DNA of 64,000 nt. Source: Raillietiella orientalis (taxonomy: Eukaryota). The notes beneath the pieces are model-generated. The model had not been told where the DNA came from. It was given only the letters and a program-made list of their open reading frames with translations, and searched no databases. Below, one piece after another: positions 1 through 14,542 of this stretch (positions are counted from its first letter, which is position 1; each line of letters begins with the position of its first letter). Location of the stretch: assembly GCA_036172245.1 (NCBI GenBank), contig JAYWIR010000030.1, positions 1,674,001 through 1,738,000 on the forward strand. Direction: 5' to 3'. The position numbers were made by a program, and so were the translations under genes.

Positions 1-2159
1 ATTTGTATAAGAGCGTACTGATCGATGAAGATCCATTTTCGTCGGAGAAACAAATACCGAGAAGCACATGAGGTTTATTTCGGAAACGAAAACTTTTGTT
101 TCCTCCAGTGGCTCAGTTGTTCGAAGGACGGATGCTGAAGAGAGATGATCGTTCGAAGTGGTCTGGCCTAAATCTCAGCGCAGTTTCCCTGTTCTTAAAA
201 CGAGGGGAAGATGAAACTCCACGAGAATAGCGACGTTTGGTTCATCTCTTAAGTTCAAGCTGGGTGTTTTTTTTTTCCTGATGTTTCGTTGCGATCCATG
301 AAAAGCAAGCCCCGTCCCGAAAACTTCTGCCTCGTCTTCGAAAAAAGCCTGCGTTCCCTAAGACAGGCAGAAAGGTGTTCGCAATGAATCATGTTTATTT
401 TTCCCTATTAAGCAGTTAAAACTCAGCAGTCTGATTCCTCCAGCTTCCTATCTTTTTCGTTGACATCCATTTTATTTTTCTTTTTGCATGCATCTGCAAA
501 AAGCAAGAGGCTGCTTTTATCTTCTAGCTGCACTTTTCCATCGAGTCTTCTGGTGATTTCGTGCTCTTGTCTGGCAGTGAACAACAGCAGGTATTTTTGT
601 GTGCAACAGAAACGGTGCACCATTCCCGTTTAACTGCCGGAGGCTTGGCACGCGTTCGGGGAACATCAAGCTGACTCGTTTTTCCTGCTGGGGTCATCCT
701 GCAGCGCATGAATCTGAAACTACCAGGTCCGAACTCGGCATGCTCCTGAAATGGGTCTTTTCATTTTGCCGTTGAGATTTGAGAACCTGAGACGGATCAG
801 GAGGAAACAGGAGTCTTTATAGGATTTCCTGATTTGCCAGAGAACCTGACTCCCTTGGCGAGATGGGAAATCTCCAGTGTGGATCCAATAGGTCCTTGAC
901 GGATTACTCATCACGCAAGAGAGTAACGACTCGAGAAAGTGGAAGTAACCGCAGAAATAAAATTCCGTTGAGAAGCCTTTTTCAAACTTGATTGATATTG
1001 CTCCCGTTTGAGACATAGCTTCCGCGTCCTCCGAGAGACTAATCACCAACGTCTTCCGAAAATTTGAGCGAGTTGCGGAACCAAGCAGCGGGATATTTCC
1101 ACTTTTTAAATTAATGGGAGATGTACACTGGAAAAACTCAGAGCGGTCTATTGCGATGCATTTGAAAATCCTACGAACATTCATGAGCCGCGGAAGAAAA
1201 TGAGCTCCTCTACTGCGGAACCTCTAGTCATCAGCACTAATGGTATCTCATCTTGCGTATGCAGTCACCAAACAGCAGAATTGTTCATTCATCACGGATG
1301 CTCACTGAGATCCACTTTAGAGACACCACGTCAGGGTATTAAATTGCTTCCCATTGAGGATAAACTTAATCGAACATCTGCAATTTCAGGATCCTCTGCC
1401 GAACGGGCGACCTTTGGGATGAACGAGCCTCCACAAGATCATTCCCCGCCTTCCGCGGGCACTCGGAATTTCGACTGCTCTGTCAGAACTTCTGTGTACG
1501 GAAGTGATCCGTAAATGCCGTAAATGTTTCAAAACTTCGTGTTGAGGCAACGAAAGAGCTCCACATTGAGAGCGAATTCTGTAGACGAAAGACGGCGTGA
1601 AGTTGTGGAGAAACTCACTAATCGGAAGTCGAAAGGGAAGAAAGAGATCTTATGGAAAAAGACACGGCGTGCTTGCACGCTTGGTCGAGCTCTGAGTCAG
1701 GAGCTGCCCTCAGATAATCAGGCTTTCCCGAACCTGCTCGAGATCTTAGAAGCACGGATGCTTCAACGCTGCTGAAAGTTTCTTCCATGGTCCCTTTTTG
1801 GCTTCCGGCTAGCAATTACGCTTCTGCCGATTTCGGTGCGACGCATAAAGAGATTTTTCCTGTAGCTGGGACGATGCAGAGACAGCTTGACAGTCCCGGA
1901 GTAGGGAGGAAGGGAGCAAGCGAAAGAGACTTCACGAACATAAGAAAGCATCCAGGTCCTCAGAGATCGAGAAAGACATCCGGTGGTCACATGGATTCAC
2001 TTTTCTCTCAGTGAGAGCTGTGGTGCGATTCCGTATGCTGCGTGCAACTCTTCGACCCTTCTGCTGCTAATTGGACAGTTTCAAACGGGGCGATCATTTG
2101 ACAAACACCGCGCCAACTCCACACTTGCCTGCTAAATAGATTTGCTGCCTGACTGGTTT

Positions 2160-2500
2160 CTAATTCGACACTCGGTACTCGATGGTGAAGGAACTCGTCA
2201 AACTCGTCGCATTTTGACGGGAAAAAAAAAAAAATGTTTCGACACTCAGCGTATGCTCGGTACTCGACACCCTACTCTCATGATGAAACAAATGAACGCT
2301 TTCGTCTCATAGTAGCTCGCGAACAGTGTCCAACACTTTCATAGAGCGCCTCCCGAATCCTTTTTTTTTTGGTGTTTTCTGCGCATTTTAAGCGTTAATT
2401 ATGGTTATATAAAAAAGTCGTTCGGTACTCGTCGGTTTCGGCACTCGTCAGGAGTCCCGGAACGAATTACCGACGATTGCCTCGGTACCAGTGTACTTGG
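2160..2500. repeat. Dispersed TCGGTACTCG-type motif cluster, possible MITE remnant
   Basis: The motif recurs at about 2172, 2257, 2422 and 2482; it interrupts the RNF213-like frame. Confidence 0.35.
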
Positions 2501-4899
2501 ATCTGAAAAGCACGAGTTCAGCGACAACAGGGACTGGTGTGTTAACAGGGAGGAAGTCAAGGGATGGAAAATAAACCACAGATGAGTGCCTCTAAATCCT
2601 ATCAAAAGATTCGAGGCGAAATCAGGGGGCTGAGCCTCACTTAAGAACCTTCATTCCTTCTCATCCCCAGTGTGCAAAGAGCAACCCGAAATCTCCATCG
2701 GTTCCTACATCAGCATCCTTGCGGAAACCGAATACAGCTTAGGATGTTCACTAACTTCCGTTTCATCATTTTCCTCTGTGAACACCCAACGTCAGAGGAA
2801 GACTTTGATTGAGAAATTCCTGCTGTCCTTCTAGGAGACGGAAACAAGCATCAATAGAGAAGACAGCCTCTCGTCCTAGGACATAATCCACTCCTCCCAA
2901 GGTTTGCGCTAAAGAGATTCGCTCGTTTTCGTCCCTTAGTTCTCATTCCCCCTTCCCCTCCATCACTGAAAGGTCTTGTCGTTGCAACGTGCCAAAGATT
3001 TCTCCATGCATTGCAAGTCCTTCCGTGCCACACTTTTACACCAGCAGATCCGTAGAACCAAATCCGGAGTGGAACCACAAGACGAGATGTTTCCGGTGGG
3101 ATGATGCTTATGCTGACCACTAACGACGTCAGTTCTCCGCCGGTGTCCTCTCTGAAGCAAATGGCGATATTTCGTTCAGTCACCAGAGACCAGTCAGCGC
3201 AACTTGACATGGCAAAGCAAGGGACTTTCCATCTTCTCTACGACAGCCTTCATCAGAATTTCCTAGACATAGATCTGAAGCATGCAGGAGGAACTATTTT
3301 TTTTTTTTTTTTTTCATCATTCTTTAGATTCTCTTTTTCTGGAGAATCTTACGGACGCAGATGGCAGGGAAATACCATGGACGAATGAACACTCAAGTTG
3401 TAACCATGGAAAAGGGGAAAGAGCCCTAGAGTTTGAAGAAATGGCAAGTACCTTGAAAGCTTTGCGTTAGCACTACTCAACTGAGGAAGCGAGACCGGTG
3501 ACGAGTTCAGTTTTTAGAGATGCTGGCTGTCACTGAATCCTCAGGATTTTTTCTGCTGTTCTTTCACCATTTCCATCGAGCCGATTGCCCTCCATCGAAA
3601 GAAGTTGCTCGGCCAGAAGGCAAACTTTCTTGGTTTGTGCCCACAATCTGGTGCTCACCACGAAAACGGCTGCCAACCAGCGGCTCGAAAAGAGTGTACC
3701 AGGATCGGGACTGCGTCAAAACCCAGGGTTATGTGCTGGCCCAGGGCTGACGGAGTCGGAGTTGGCACTACGAAAGTGCTCTGTCACAAGTGCCCAAGGC
3801 AGAGCAGTCAAGTGAGAAAGTAATTGAGTGCCACCAGATGGTATGTTCACTTGGAAAACAGGAGATGGGGATGCGCTTCTAGATACAGGCAGCGTCAGCT
3901 GTGAAAGTCGAACTCATACAAGGCCCTGAATGACGGATTCTCATCAAACAGCAAATGACCCCTCTGCTTCCAGGAAGAGCGTGGCTTTTCGAAAAACCTG
4001 GGTGTTAAATGCTGGAGCAGAAGGCGAACGCAGTCTTTTCCAGACACGAAGAGACAAGAGCCTTTTTTTCTAAGAGGGAAGAAGAATTTCCAGTGATATC
4101 TTTTTCGCGGGCATCATTCCAAGAAGCGAAAGATAGCAATGGTTCCAGAGGCCATTTGCAAGAGCGGCAAGAGCGTACTCTTCCACATTTAATGGATGGA
4201 TCGGCTTCTTTCTGTGCATGTGGGAAGAACAGGAAAGCGAAGAAAATCCATCGGCTTTTCCTCTGAGACACGTCATTCTCGAGATCTGCACACGTCCCAG
4301 AGATAACAAAATGGATAATGTGACGCATCATTAATCCCACTCTTCAGCAAGAGTTTTTTGTGTGGTTCTTGATAGTGCTTTAGAGAAATATCAGGTCATG
4401 AAACACGACCCTCTGTAGGCGCTCGCTGCTCCACTGGATTAAACATTCGAGAGGATGCGATAGCAGACCTCGGATGCTGCCCTGCTTCGTCCTGTACCGA
4501 AGTCAGAGTGAGGAATTCAAACTCAGTTCGAGGAAAAGTGCTGGAAAAGATCGACCTCACGCAGCAGCAAGTGCAGGTGGCTGTCACCCTCCCCCCCTAC
4601 CAAATTTCCCTTCAGCTCCCCTTCGCCTCAATAATGCTGCAGCACTCTGAATTTTCATGGTAAGGAGCCGACTGGCTATAAAGACAGTTGGCAACCAGAC
4701 GGGTGCGCCACTTCAGGAGCCACCAGACTCCCAGGAGGCTGGAAGGCGAGTGAACTGGTAGACGCCACCACTCCGCGTTCTGGGTCCAAGGGGGACTCCT
4801 TCGGTGGTGGAAGCTATTAGGTGAAACCCCGAGGAACTAGTGGTTCCCCCTTTGTTTTAAGACACTTCGATGTTCCCTTTGAAGCAGAAGGCGGTGCTG

Positions 4900-5460
4900 T
4901 TTGTGCACTGCTTTTAGTGCGAGCCGCGCGCCAACACCTCGTATCCGGGAGACGCAACTCCCCGGTGACGAGGGTTTAAAGTGAAGGGCGATCGAGTTGC
5001 TCCCGCACTGTCGTTGGGCTGCGATCGACAGTGGCGGAGGCTGGCATCAGCGCTCCTGCATCCGGAAGGCACCGCCAAGGACCTGCTGCGGAGATTCTTC
5101 GCGCACCGCAGACTCTCGGCGGCCGCCGTGACTACAGCGACATGCTGTATCCGCGCCGTCGTCCCAGCTCCCGTCATGTGCTGGAATCTCGGGTGTAGCA
5201 GCGAAGTGGGCGTCAGCCGCATGGCCGCCGCCTAAGTGGGGGATGGCTGCGAGGTGACCTCACCTGGAAGAAGGTCGCCACAGAGATCGTTTGCATTCCG
5301 CTCCGGTTCCGAGCAACAAGCAGCGGCACTGCTGTCGAAGATCCCTGTCCCCACCTCCTCTTTTTCATTTATTCATTGTCCCTTTCCCTTCCGCCCCGGA
5401 ATTGTTCGGCAACCTATCCGTGTGTCTCGAAGAACTTCTTTTTGTTTTCCTTGGTGAGCC
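4900..5460 (+). mobile_element. 5'-truncated copy of the same LINE 3' end
   Basis: Visible nucleotide similarity to 20440-21030: GGAGGCTGG..TCAGCGC.CCTGCA, AAGGAC.TGCTGC, ATGCTGT.TCCG, GAACTTCTTTTTGTT. Confidence 0.65.
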
Positions 5461-5549
5461 GCGTTCTCGACAACTGCGCTGCTTTGCTTTTACCTTGAAT
5501 ATGCGTCCTGAAGTAACGTGAGAAAAACCGCAAAGGCGACCGATTTTTC

Positions 5550-6000
5550 CCGCAGCTAAAGGCTGGGCTTCACCTCCACTTAACACTCCCGTACCATCCA
5601 GCGAGGCGAGAATTGGCGATCCCCAGTTGACGAACATCCCGACCAGGGAGAGACTGGGCTGTGTTGGATTGCACCGATCTTCTGGTCCTTTTTTCCATCA
5701 CGGAGGATTCTTTGCCTTTTGAGGATTACTGATCCACGCATGCTGAGCTCCGCAATTTCCTGCCTGACCGCGGAGCAACCCAAGGATCAGATGGAAGAAG
5801 GATCAGTCTTTCTGTCGGTGTCTGGGATGCGACAGGATGCTATCACGCACCCTAAATCGTGAGGTGTGGCAACTTTCAGCCCCGCACGGGAAAGAGGGAC
5901 GACGTGTCGATCGACCGGTTCAAGGAGCACCAGGCCTGCGCGGTCGTCCCGACCGCGTCCCGAGGAAAGGGAATTTCGCCTCCATCCTTTAGGGGACACG
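5550..6000 (+). mobile_element. Decayed gypsy-type integrase C-terminal fragment
   Basis: GKRDDVSIDRFK resembles the gypsy integrase-end motif GxxDTVSIDRLK; upstream TRERLGC. Confidence 0.4.
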
Positions 6001-8649
6001 CTCACCCCAAACGTCCCGCGCGTTCCTTCGTAGTCTCCCCGGCAACGGGCGCGGCACCGGCGGTCGAAGCGATATCGCATCGGTAAGTCGGCGCGAAGCT
6101 GCGCTTCCTCTTTGCTGAGCTCGAGGACAGGCTCGCCCCTGGAAGGGTGCCCATCGCCGTCTCCTCGGCTGCGTCTGCTCGCAGAGGCAGCTGATGTGCT
6201 CCCCCTAACCCCTCTCTTCTTTTTTGGCGGGAGGAGCAAACGCGCTTGTGCGTTCGTCTTCCGGAACGCTGCGATTCGGAGCTGAGAGAACGCGCCTTGT
6301 GAGACCGACAGTGGAACGTCGATCCACCGGCATTCCAAGAGCAGAAGACAGAGCTGGAACTTTCAGGGACGTAAGCGAAGCATATCTGTTCATGGAGGGA
6401 ACGGGGAGACTGCGGAGAATAAAGGGAGTTGGGGTCTTTGCATTCTCCTCCATCTTCACTTCTTCCTTATTATCTTCTCAGGACCCTCGAACAACTGAGC
6501 GTAGACCTACGTAATGAAGTCGCCAGATCAAGGCCACCAGCCATGACCGTCGCAGCATCCAAACTCGAGTAGACGCAATGGAGCCGATAATTTGAACCCT
6601 CTGGTGACGGGACGAAAGTTTTGGGTCCGAACCGCGGCCCAAACCTCCTGTCACCTCTTCAGAAAGCACAAGAGCAGAGCTCAAGACGCGCGCGTTTTTA
6701 GAGGACCGCAGAGTTGTACGCCTCGAAGATTTCTTTTTCATCTGAGAAGCAGGTCTCCTTTTCTCGTTAAAGCAAAGATCTGCTCCGCGGAAGGAAAACA
6801 AACAGCTTTCTCATATTCCTGCGGATGTGTTTGAACTGCCTGGGTCTGCAGGAGAAGGCACCTGCGTCTCTGAGCAGATGCTGCCTCTCTGCAAACGTTG
6901 AGGCGTCAGACTCATCTTGTTTTCGCTTTCACGCGAGGCATCCTCACACGTCTTTCCACAGCAACTCCGAAATCCTCTTCTTGGAGTCTCTCCGGAAAAC
7001 GTCACTTGCAGTGCAAACAAACGAATGACTCATTTCCTTGCTTGCGCTTTTCACATCCTTATGTTTGCCCGAGAAAACGAATATGCGCGATGGTCACCAA
7101 GCAACTTTCCCCGGGGATCCCTATTCGAAGAGCATACCCCGAATGCGGTTTCTGTCGTGTCAGCAGCTCCCGAATCAACTTTGCAGCGCGATCCATCTTC
7201 CACTTTTCTCACGACGCACTGGAAATTCTAATCTGGTTGCTCTCCGGAACTGGCGGCATGCGTCGTCTTCTTACCGGAGCGAGCGTAAACATTTCTTCTG
7301 AGCAAATGTACCCTGTGCGTCTCTGATTTACCGGTAATAATTGAAGGCAACAGGGAGAGGAGAACGGAAGAGATGAGAGATGGTTTGAGGATCAAGGATC
7401 CCACGTGAAGGAACCAGCTACATGTAAATTCACAATTTCAGCAATTCACACGCATGACCATCCGATTAGGAGAAGAAAAAAATTGCGACTTGATGCAGAA
7501 AGAGACCTGCAACCAGAGTGTGAGTAAAACACGGGTCCAGAAACGAAACAAAGAATGGTGCTGATGTGTGTTCTTTTCGGAAAGACAGGCAAGAGAGCAG
7601 GGGTCAACATGCAAAATGAATAATTCCAAGCGATGTTTCCATTCTTCGATAGGAGATCCAGTCTGCGCGAAGAAGCAGGGAGCACCTTTTTCCTCCTTAC
7701 CCTTTCAACACCTACTGCGGTTCATTTCTAGATCAATCCAGCCTTTTCGGCTTTAATTCGTCCTTTGTTTGCCCCGTTGGTGAAGATTGTATTCTTAGGA
7801 AGAGCATACCGCCCTCACCTTGGAATCCAGGAATGTCTTCACAGGTTTTCGAACCGGGAGTCTTCGTAACGTCTTTGAGAAGTTGTTTACAGCTCCAAGA
7901 ATGCGCATGGGAAGCTTGGAGACTAGCTGAAGCCGCGAATGGCATACTGACGGCCACGGAGATTCGTTGAAATGAGTTCCAGTCTTGGACACCACTTACT
8001 CCACATTTAGCGCCTGAAATCCTGATAGCCCAACAAAGTAATATGTTCTGAAGTGCACACAAGTTCCAAAGCACATCCGGAGTGTAAATGCACCAGTGTG
8101 TGTATATGAGATCGGAGGCTGAAGCAACCAGTCCACTTCTGCAGTTCAATGCTTTAGAATAGCGCCATTCAAGAAGTCCTATGTTTCAAGTACAGTGGCA
8201 GCGTTAATCGAAAGAGCTCCCCTAGCCATCTTAGTCCAGAAATTGGGAGACGTTGCAGGACCGTATATCCTATTTGCTTGAGCTCAGAATTTGGTGGCAC
8301 TTTTTGAGTGCACATTAATCGCCAACTCTCAGAGACACTTCCTCAGCTTTCTGATACTCATTTTATGGTTTTTGTGGTAGTTCATTCATCCCCCCAGAGC
8401 TGCACAATAATGCTCCGACAAAATGTCTGCATCCAGAAAGATCCAGAGCTCACTTTTTCTGGAATGCATTCTGCAGCACGATCTCGTAATCACTACCCCT
8501 GGGAAATCTTCCTTTCACACGTGCCAAGAAAATTCTTCTTACCACGGAAGAGTAGGTTCCAAAGTGGTGAAGATTATGGAAGAAATCAACCTAAAATAGA
8601 CATGCAATAAAATATTTTACATAATGCAAAGGATGATGGCTTTGTCGCT

Positions 8650-11120
8650 TACAGAATAAGTGTGGCCACCATTTCTCATTCATTCTTTCGAGTGAGTCAT
8701 GATACAATCCAGGTGAGGTCTTCGTAGCAGTGGCTCGATCGACTGGATATTGGAAGGCGCCAGCTGCTTCCAGATGTGTTCCTCCTTGTACCGCCGGGTC
8801 TTCCGATCTTTTGACACCACATCATTTCCTGGGTCACAAGGATGCCAACGCGAGCGCTCCTGTCGACCCAGGGTTTCCTCCTGGTGAGAAGTGCCTGCAT
8901 GGGAAGAGGAAAGAAGCATTTCTGTGAATCAAGGTGCCCCGAGTAGAAGTGTCTGTCGGGAAGAAGAAAGAAAGATTCTTTCCTCTTTCCAGGCTCCTCC
9001 AAACCCACAGCAGAACTTTTCTACGGACGGGCAACATCCGGAATGGCGGCCAACCCTCTACCGGCAGCACGAAGTCCTATCGGAACGGTGAGTCGACACC
9101 TGTCGCTCTCCGTCCGCAGGCCGCCAGTCCCCACTTCTTCCAAGCAGCCTCCTAAACGCATGCGATACCGTTTCCATAAGACGGTAAGTTGGCTGCAGAT
9201 GCGAGGATTCAGGACGTGTGCGAGCGATTCCTGGCTGCGGCGTCCCCTCGACGTACCCGGACCGCTCCGTTCCTGGCGGGCACAGATCTCACGCTTCCCT
9301 TGGAAGTCAATGAGGAGCAGGCTCACGCTCGGCAAAAGATCGACAGGAAAGATGAGCCAAACAGGAAGATCCTTTGGGACGCGCCCTCCTCTTCCAGAAG
9401 CAAGAAACGCACATCGCGGAGGACGCCGGAATCTCTGCGGCCGCTTGCAATTCCTGGAAAACAGCCGAAGTCCTGCTGTGCTCTCAGCTGCTCCGCGAGA
9501 GGCAAAGCATCTCGGAACCTGTCCTTGAGAACTGGGCACACCTCACAGATGAAGAAGAGCATCTTATTTCTTCCTTTTCGAATTTGGAAACCGAGGGTGG
9601 ACCACACTGGTTTTCACGAGAGCCACCTTTTGTTGTCATTCGAGCTGTTGCGTTTGTGAAACCGACCGATGAATAGTGGATGTCCCTTCCTATTGAGCGT
9701 TGCGTGGTCACGAAGCAACGCTCATTTGTTTCCGTGATCGTTTTGCCCTTATTTCATTGGTCAAACTAAACTCGGTCCTTAACGACCTCCTCTGATCTTT
9801 CCAAAAAGGGCACCGGGATCATTCCAAGGGTTGCTACAGGATCTCAGTTCGGGAGAGGAGCAGTCGCGGAAGATGCCATGGTTGCAACGGCGAGCTGAAA
9901 GAAGAAATTCCCGAGGCTCAAGAAGTTCTCTCGGGCTGCACCCCACATCCTCAGCGTGTCCCTTGCTGAATCGATCCTCTTTCCTTAAATTGCAATGAAG
10001 CAAGCGTTTTGCGAGTGCATCCTACTGTCGAGGGAGCAACTGCGGAAGATGCAAGGACTCTTCTTCGGTTTCCGGCTGCGTGGAAAGCGCGCAGAAAAAG
10101 TCCTAGAGGTCCTTGGTGAGCGGAAACAGAGGTGCTTACCGTCGAAGCGAAAACCTGGCTTGGACGGCCTGAATGGCAACCACTGGCCCCCACTGGGAAC
10201 TCCTGCCAGTTTGAGAGCAGCCACGATGCCAGCCACCTTCCTCCACTGATGGGATGAGGAGGACGTGGATTGATGCTGCAAGGCGAGTGAGACGCCGTCC
10301 AGATTGCCACTGGGTTGCCACAGGTCGTCACGCTGCTGCCTTACGAAGTCACGCCCACTCGGGGACTGCACAGGAGGATGGCGTTTCTTTCTTCCACGGA
10401 AATGCTTTGAGATTCCGGTTAGAGTAGTATTTCTCTCCTCTTCGAGCGTTCCGCCAGTCTCCAGACGCTATCCTGTGCACAACTGGGAAAGAGGTCCAGA
10501 CCGCGAACAAAGAACGCTTCCAGGCATCCTGGGTTCATCCTTCCCTCCGGAATACTCCCTAGGCTGCTGCAGGTCTGGATGACATCCACGGTGGCGCCCT
10601 CCGAGAGCTTCCCGGAATGAGGTTCTCCTCTTCGGACCTGCCTGTCGCCTCCTCCCTGGATCCATCTTCTTCTTGCGGCCACCAGAAGCAGTGGGTGCTA
10701 TGGAAGAAGGGCGTGTCTGTCTCTCGGGGGAGCAGCTCGCAGGCGCCGTTGTTCTCGGGCAGCGTGCAGTGCAACAGTGCAGGCTGGGAAATCGAGTGAG
10801 AAGTGGGTCTCGGGACACTCGTGGATAAAGCAGTCCGCAGCCGGCGATGATGTTCCTCAAGTGTTTTGTTGTTGTCGCACTTCCCACCCGAAGCAGGTTC
10901 TCAGAACCGGTTTCGGACGTGAATCGCCACTGCAATTGTCACTGTGTCAGCAGTTCTTCAACCACCTCTATTTATTCATTTGTTTCTCGTTTTTTTCTCT
11001 TCGTCCTCTTCAGATGGTCCTGTCTCCGGTGAGGCTGGGGCTCTTTCGTTTTCCGGGAAGGCAGATGTCGAACCCTCTCTTCTGCAATGCAGTCTTTGTG
11101 TTTATTTTGAATAAATGATT
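8650..11120 (+). mobile_element. Decayed L1/Tx1-like non-LTR retrotransposon ORF2 and 3' end
   Basis: Ordered remnants: endonuclease-like WLDRL, RT-like KKRTSRRTPESLRPLAI and NLE/RVDH, post-RT LRKMQGLFFGF..RGKR, pyrimidine-rich 3' region, AATAAA at about 11110. Confidence 0.5.
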
Positions 11121-14100
11121 CGGTCCTCAGGACGAGGTGGAACGCTCTCTTCCATGGTCGACGGATGAAGAGGGCTTTCATAAAACTGTTAAACTGGTGC
11201 TCTCTCTTGTGCGCAGCTTCTCGACGTTGGAAGCAAACTGGAAGGAACCGAGAGGAACCGAGAGAGGAGGACGGAGAAGCAGACGGCCCTCGGCCGTCTT
11301 CTGCTTGAAAATCTGCCCTGCTTGGAGCGTGAGAAGCGAAGAAGCAGCTCTCAGCGTCCAGGCGCTCAGCACGCATTCCACCGGGAGTCTCGCATTCTTC
11401 GTCCCACCGGCAGAAGCTTAGTCCTGTCTCTCTGGAAACACTCGCGCGGGCTGACCTCGCTCCCTGCTGTGAAATGCAACTATAGCGAGGTCAGCAAACT
11501 GTGGTTCAAAGGTCGAAGGAGTTTATTCGATTCCAGAATGACAGTCTTTTATTGCCAGGGGGATTCCACGGCGTGAAGATATTTGTCCACGATGAAGGCG
11601 CAACAGTCACGAAAGTTGCAGCCATTTCGCTGCATGGATCGATGGTCGAGATGCTAACGAGAAGTGTGAGATCGTTTTTTAGTTGCCTGAACATTCGAAC
11701 CTATTGGAGGTTTTCCAGACTCGCATCACTAAGCTCGTAAATGTGAAGGATGATCTAATCAATAGAACATCTGAAGGTCCATTGAAACGACACACGCGAG
11801 CACCAAGGTAAATTGGAAGTGACGTTCCATGTGAACCAGCCTCCGAAGCCGAAAACGTCGTCACGTGACGAGACTCTCCCTACCCAATGGCGCGCCGAAT
11901 GTTTTCCAGCTAATGATCAGGGAAATTTTTCTAATCGGATGCTGATTCTGTTTTGTCTTCAGCCATGCCACGTAGCCTAATGCGTCTTGCCTCCCGAAAT
12001 ATGACTGCAAAATTTCCCTTTTGCGGTAACTCCGCTTCCTCGACTGGTGAGGAAAGTGCGTTCGTAGCAACCAGAGTGCATTCTTGCTCAAGATCCCCGG
12101 TATAAAAGTGAGTGGAAGCTGAAGAGGCAGCAGATCTAAAAGGCTTCGCGTGCCCCATGAACTGAACGATACTCTGGACCGAATTGGTCTAGACAACTGC
12201 ATGTCTGCATTGCAATGAGACAAAAAAAAAGCACATCACTGTCACCAAGTTACAGCTCAATCGAAGTTTTCATATTCTCTCCATAAGAACTTCTAGGAAT
12301 CGGCACAATTCTCCTGACGATAGCAGGAAACAGAACGGAATCCCTTTTTAGCCGGAGAATCCAAAGGGAAAAAACGCAACATACATTTTTTTTTTCTTAC
12401 AGAGATGCCACGCTTCTTGCTTTTCTCGATGCCAAGTGTGTCTCTTGAAGAATGCTACTGGTGAGAAAACACGTACCAGAAGGTTTCAGTCGTCCGGATG
12501 GCCAGAATCTCACAAGTTTGGTTTAGGACTAAATAATCGGATGTTCTTGCTCCGTGGCTCCAGGCACTGTGTCAACGGTCCTGAAGGTCTCTTAAGTTGA
12601 CTTCGACTTTTGTAGACTGACTCCCAGATCGACTCTCGTCTTTGCGTCTATAGGCCAGACAGAGGTTGCCATTTAGAGGCGAGTAGAAGCAAGAGGAATA
12701 ATCTCGCGGGAGTGGTAATGTTAGCAGAGGAGCAAAGCATCAGCTTCAAAAGAAAGGAAAAGATCTATTTCCTAGGTCGTTGTCAGTTTTATAGTGAGCA
12801 CAATAAAATCAACGCGCTGCCGGACGCAATGAGATGAGGCATGAGATTCTAAAAACAGGGCGATTTGTGAGTTGAGGATTGGAAGAGCTCTGAGGTCACG
12901 GACAGTAAACGGTTCGTCAATCCTCCCTCCAAGAAACTCTCGGTGCATTGTCAGGAAGGGTAATCTCGATTTGGAGAGTTTCCTCCTTCCATCCGCTGGA
13001 TCCCTTGGAGAATTCGGAACCCATTTTCCACGTCCCAGATGAATTTCTTGAGGAATAGTCTCTCAGCGAAATCATAAGAAAAAACGGGAGCTGAAGTGGT
13101 ACATATGGCTTCCTAGTCTCGGATGCATTCAAGAATTCATTATTGAGCTCCTCCCTCCCAAAAAACCTGATCGCGTCTTTTTGGTACTTTTTGAATTGCC
13201 TTCGCAGCTAACAATTTCAGATTCCCTCCTAGGTTTGTCTTCAAGAGGGTTGATGCGCTCCCTTCTAAGCTCTGCATTCCATTCTCCGCACACCCTCCAA
13301 GCTCCCAATCTTTTTCTCAGCATCTCCAAGACTGATCACCGATTCCCTGGTTCCTTGAACTGCACGACCGCCTGGATCACTACTTCTAGTTCGTTGGGAA
13401 ACCGTACGAAGGTGTCTGCAGAGCAAAAGAGGTCACTAAAGCTGAAAGCATTAACTTCAGAGCCCATTACTGGTTTCAGAAGAATCCTTTATTTACAAAG
13501 AAGGAATGCTCCTATGATCCAGGAGCGAATCACCGTAGTTTTTCCTTACCAGCAGTGGCGTTGCCCAAGCCTCCGGTGGGACCTTGGGGTCCCTCCTCAT
13601 TCGATGCGCCCGTTTGGCTCTTCCCAACCAGTCGGATTGCCGTCCGCGCCTCCTCCCGCACTGGCGCAGCCTCACCAGCCCAGTCCCCGTTCCGCCGACC
13701 GGCGAGGTCGCCTCCGTTCTTGCGAGCGCGCCAAACCGGTCGAACGGCTGCTCCTGGTTTCCGCGCAACCTTCACGGCGCACCGGAGCGAAGCGTCGCCC
13801 AGCGACACGACCGGGGTGCTCGGGATCACGACCCTCTCGCGATCGCCAAGCCCTATCTCCGCGCAGCTTCCTCCTCTTCCTCCGGTGAGGAGTTCGATCC
13901 GTGCCCGAGTCGCTCGCAGAGGACTGATTCACCGTGGAAGCCTCCTGCAGCCCTCCTTCCTGATTATTCCCGTAACAATTGATTGTCAGTTTGAGCGGCT
14001 GCCAAGGGAAGCGCCTCTCGGCACGTTTCTCCAGGCGACGAGCGAAGAGCTGCGGTGGTTGCCCTCTGCCTGCTTGCGAATTTGCCTGAGCCTTTGCCAC

Positions 14101-14542
14101 CGTCCTGCTGACGTGACTCGAAGCTGCTCCTCGGCACCTCGGATGAAGACCGCGCCCTTGTCCGTGGCGACTGTTCCTTGGGAACTTCCCCGTTCCCTCC
14201 CGCGTGCGTCGACCCCTTCCCGTTGGCTCCTCCGCTCGCTTCTTTCCGACAAGCAGCGGCGCAACGGCTCGTGCAATCGTCCCGCGAAAAGTGCAAAACA
14301 CTGCTCCTTAGCGAGACAGAGGACCGGTCTGAGGCGCCCCAGAAGAGGAGGAAGATGTGGAGGGAGATATCCCGCGGTTGGCGCTGCTGTGCGCGTGCCT
14401 CGATGGGCGGGCGGTGGCTCGGAGCGAAACGAAGGGAGGCAGCCAGTCGTCCACCGAGGTGTACTGGAGGAGTCCTCACTGTCCTGTGGAAGGCGATGCG
14501 GGGCAAGGTGAGAGGACCAAGTACTCGGGAACAGTTTGCCTA

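Noticed and set aside
4690..4860. Possible LINE 5' UTR or self-cleaving ribozyme
   Set aside because: I could not build an HDV-like or hammerhead fold by eye.
10780..10850. DCFIHECP resembling Enhancer of zeste
   Set aside because: An isolated short match on the antisense strand of a LINE relic.
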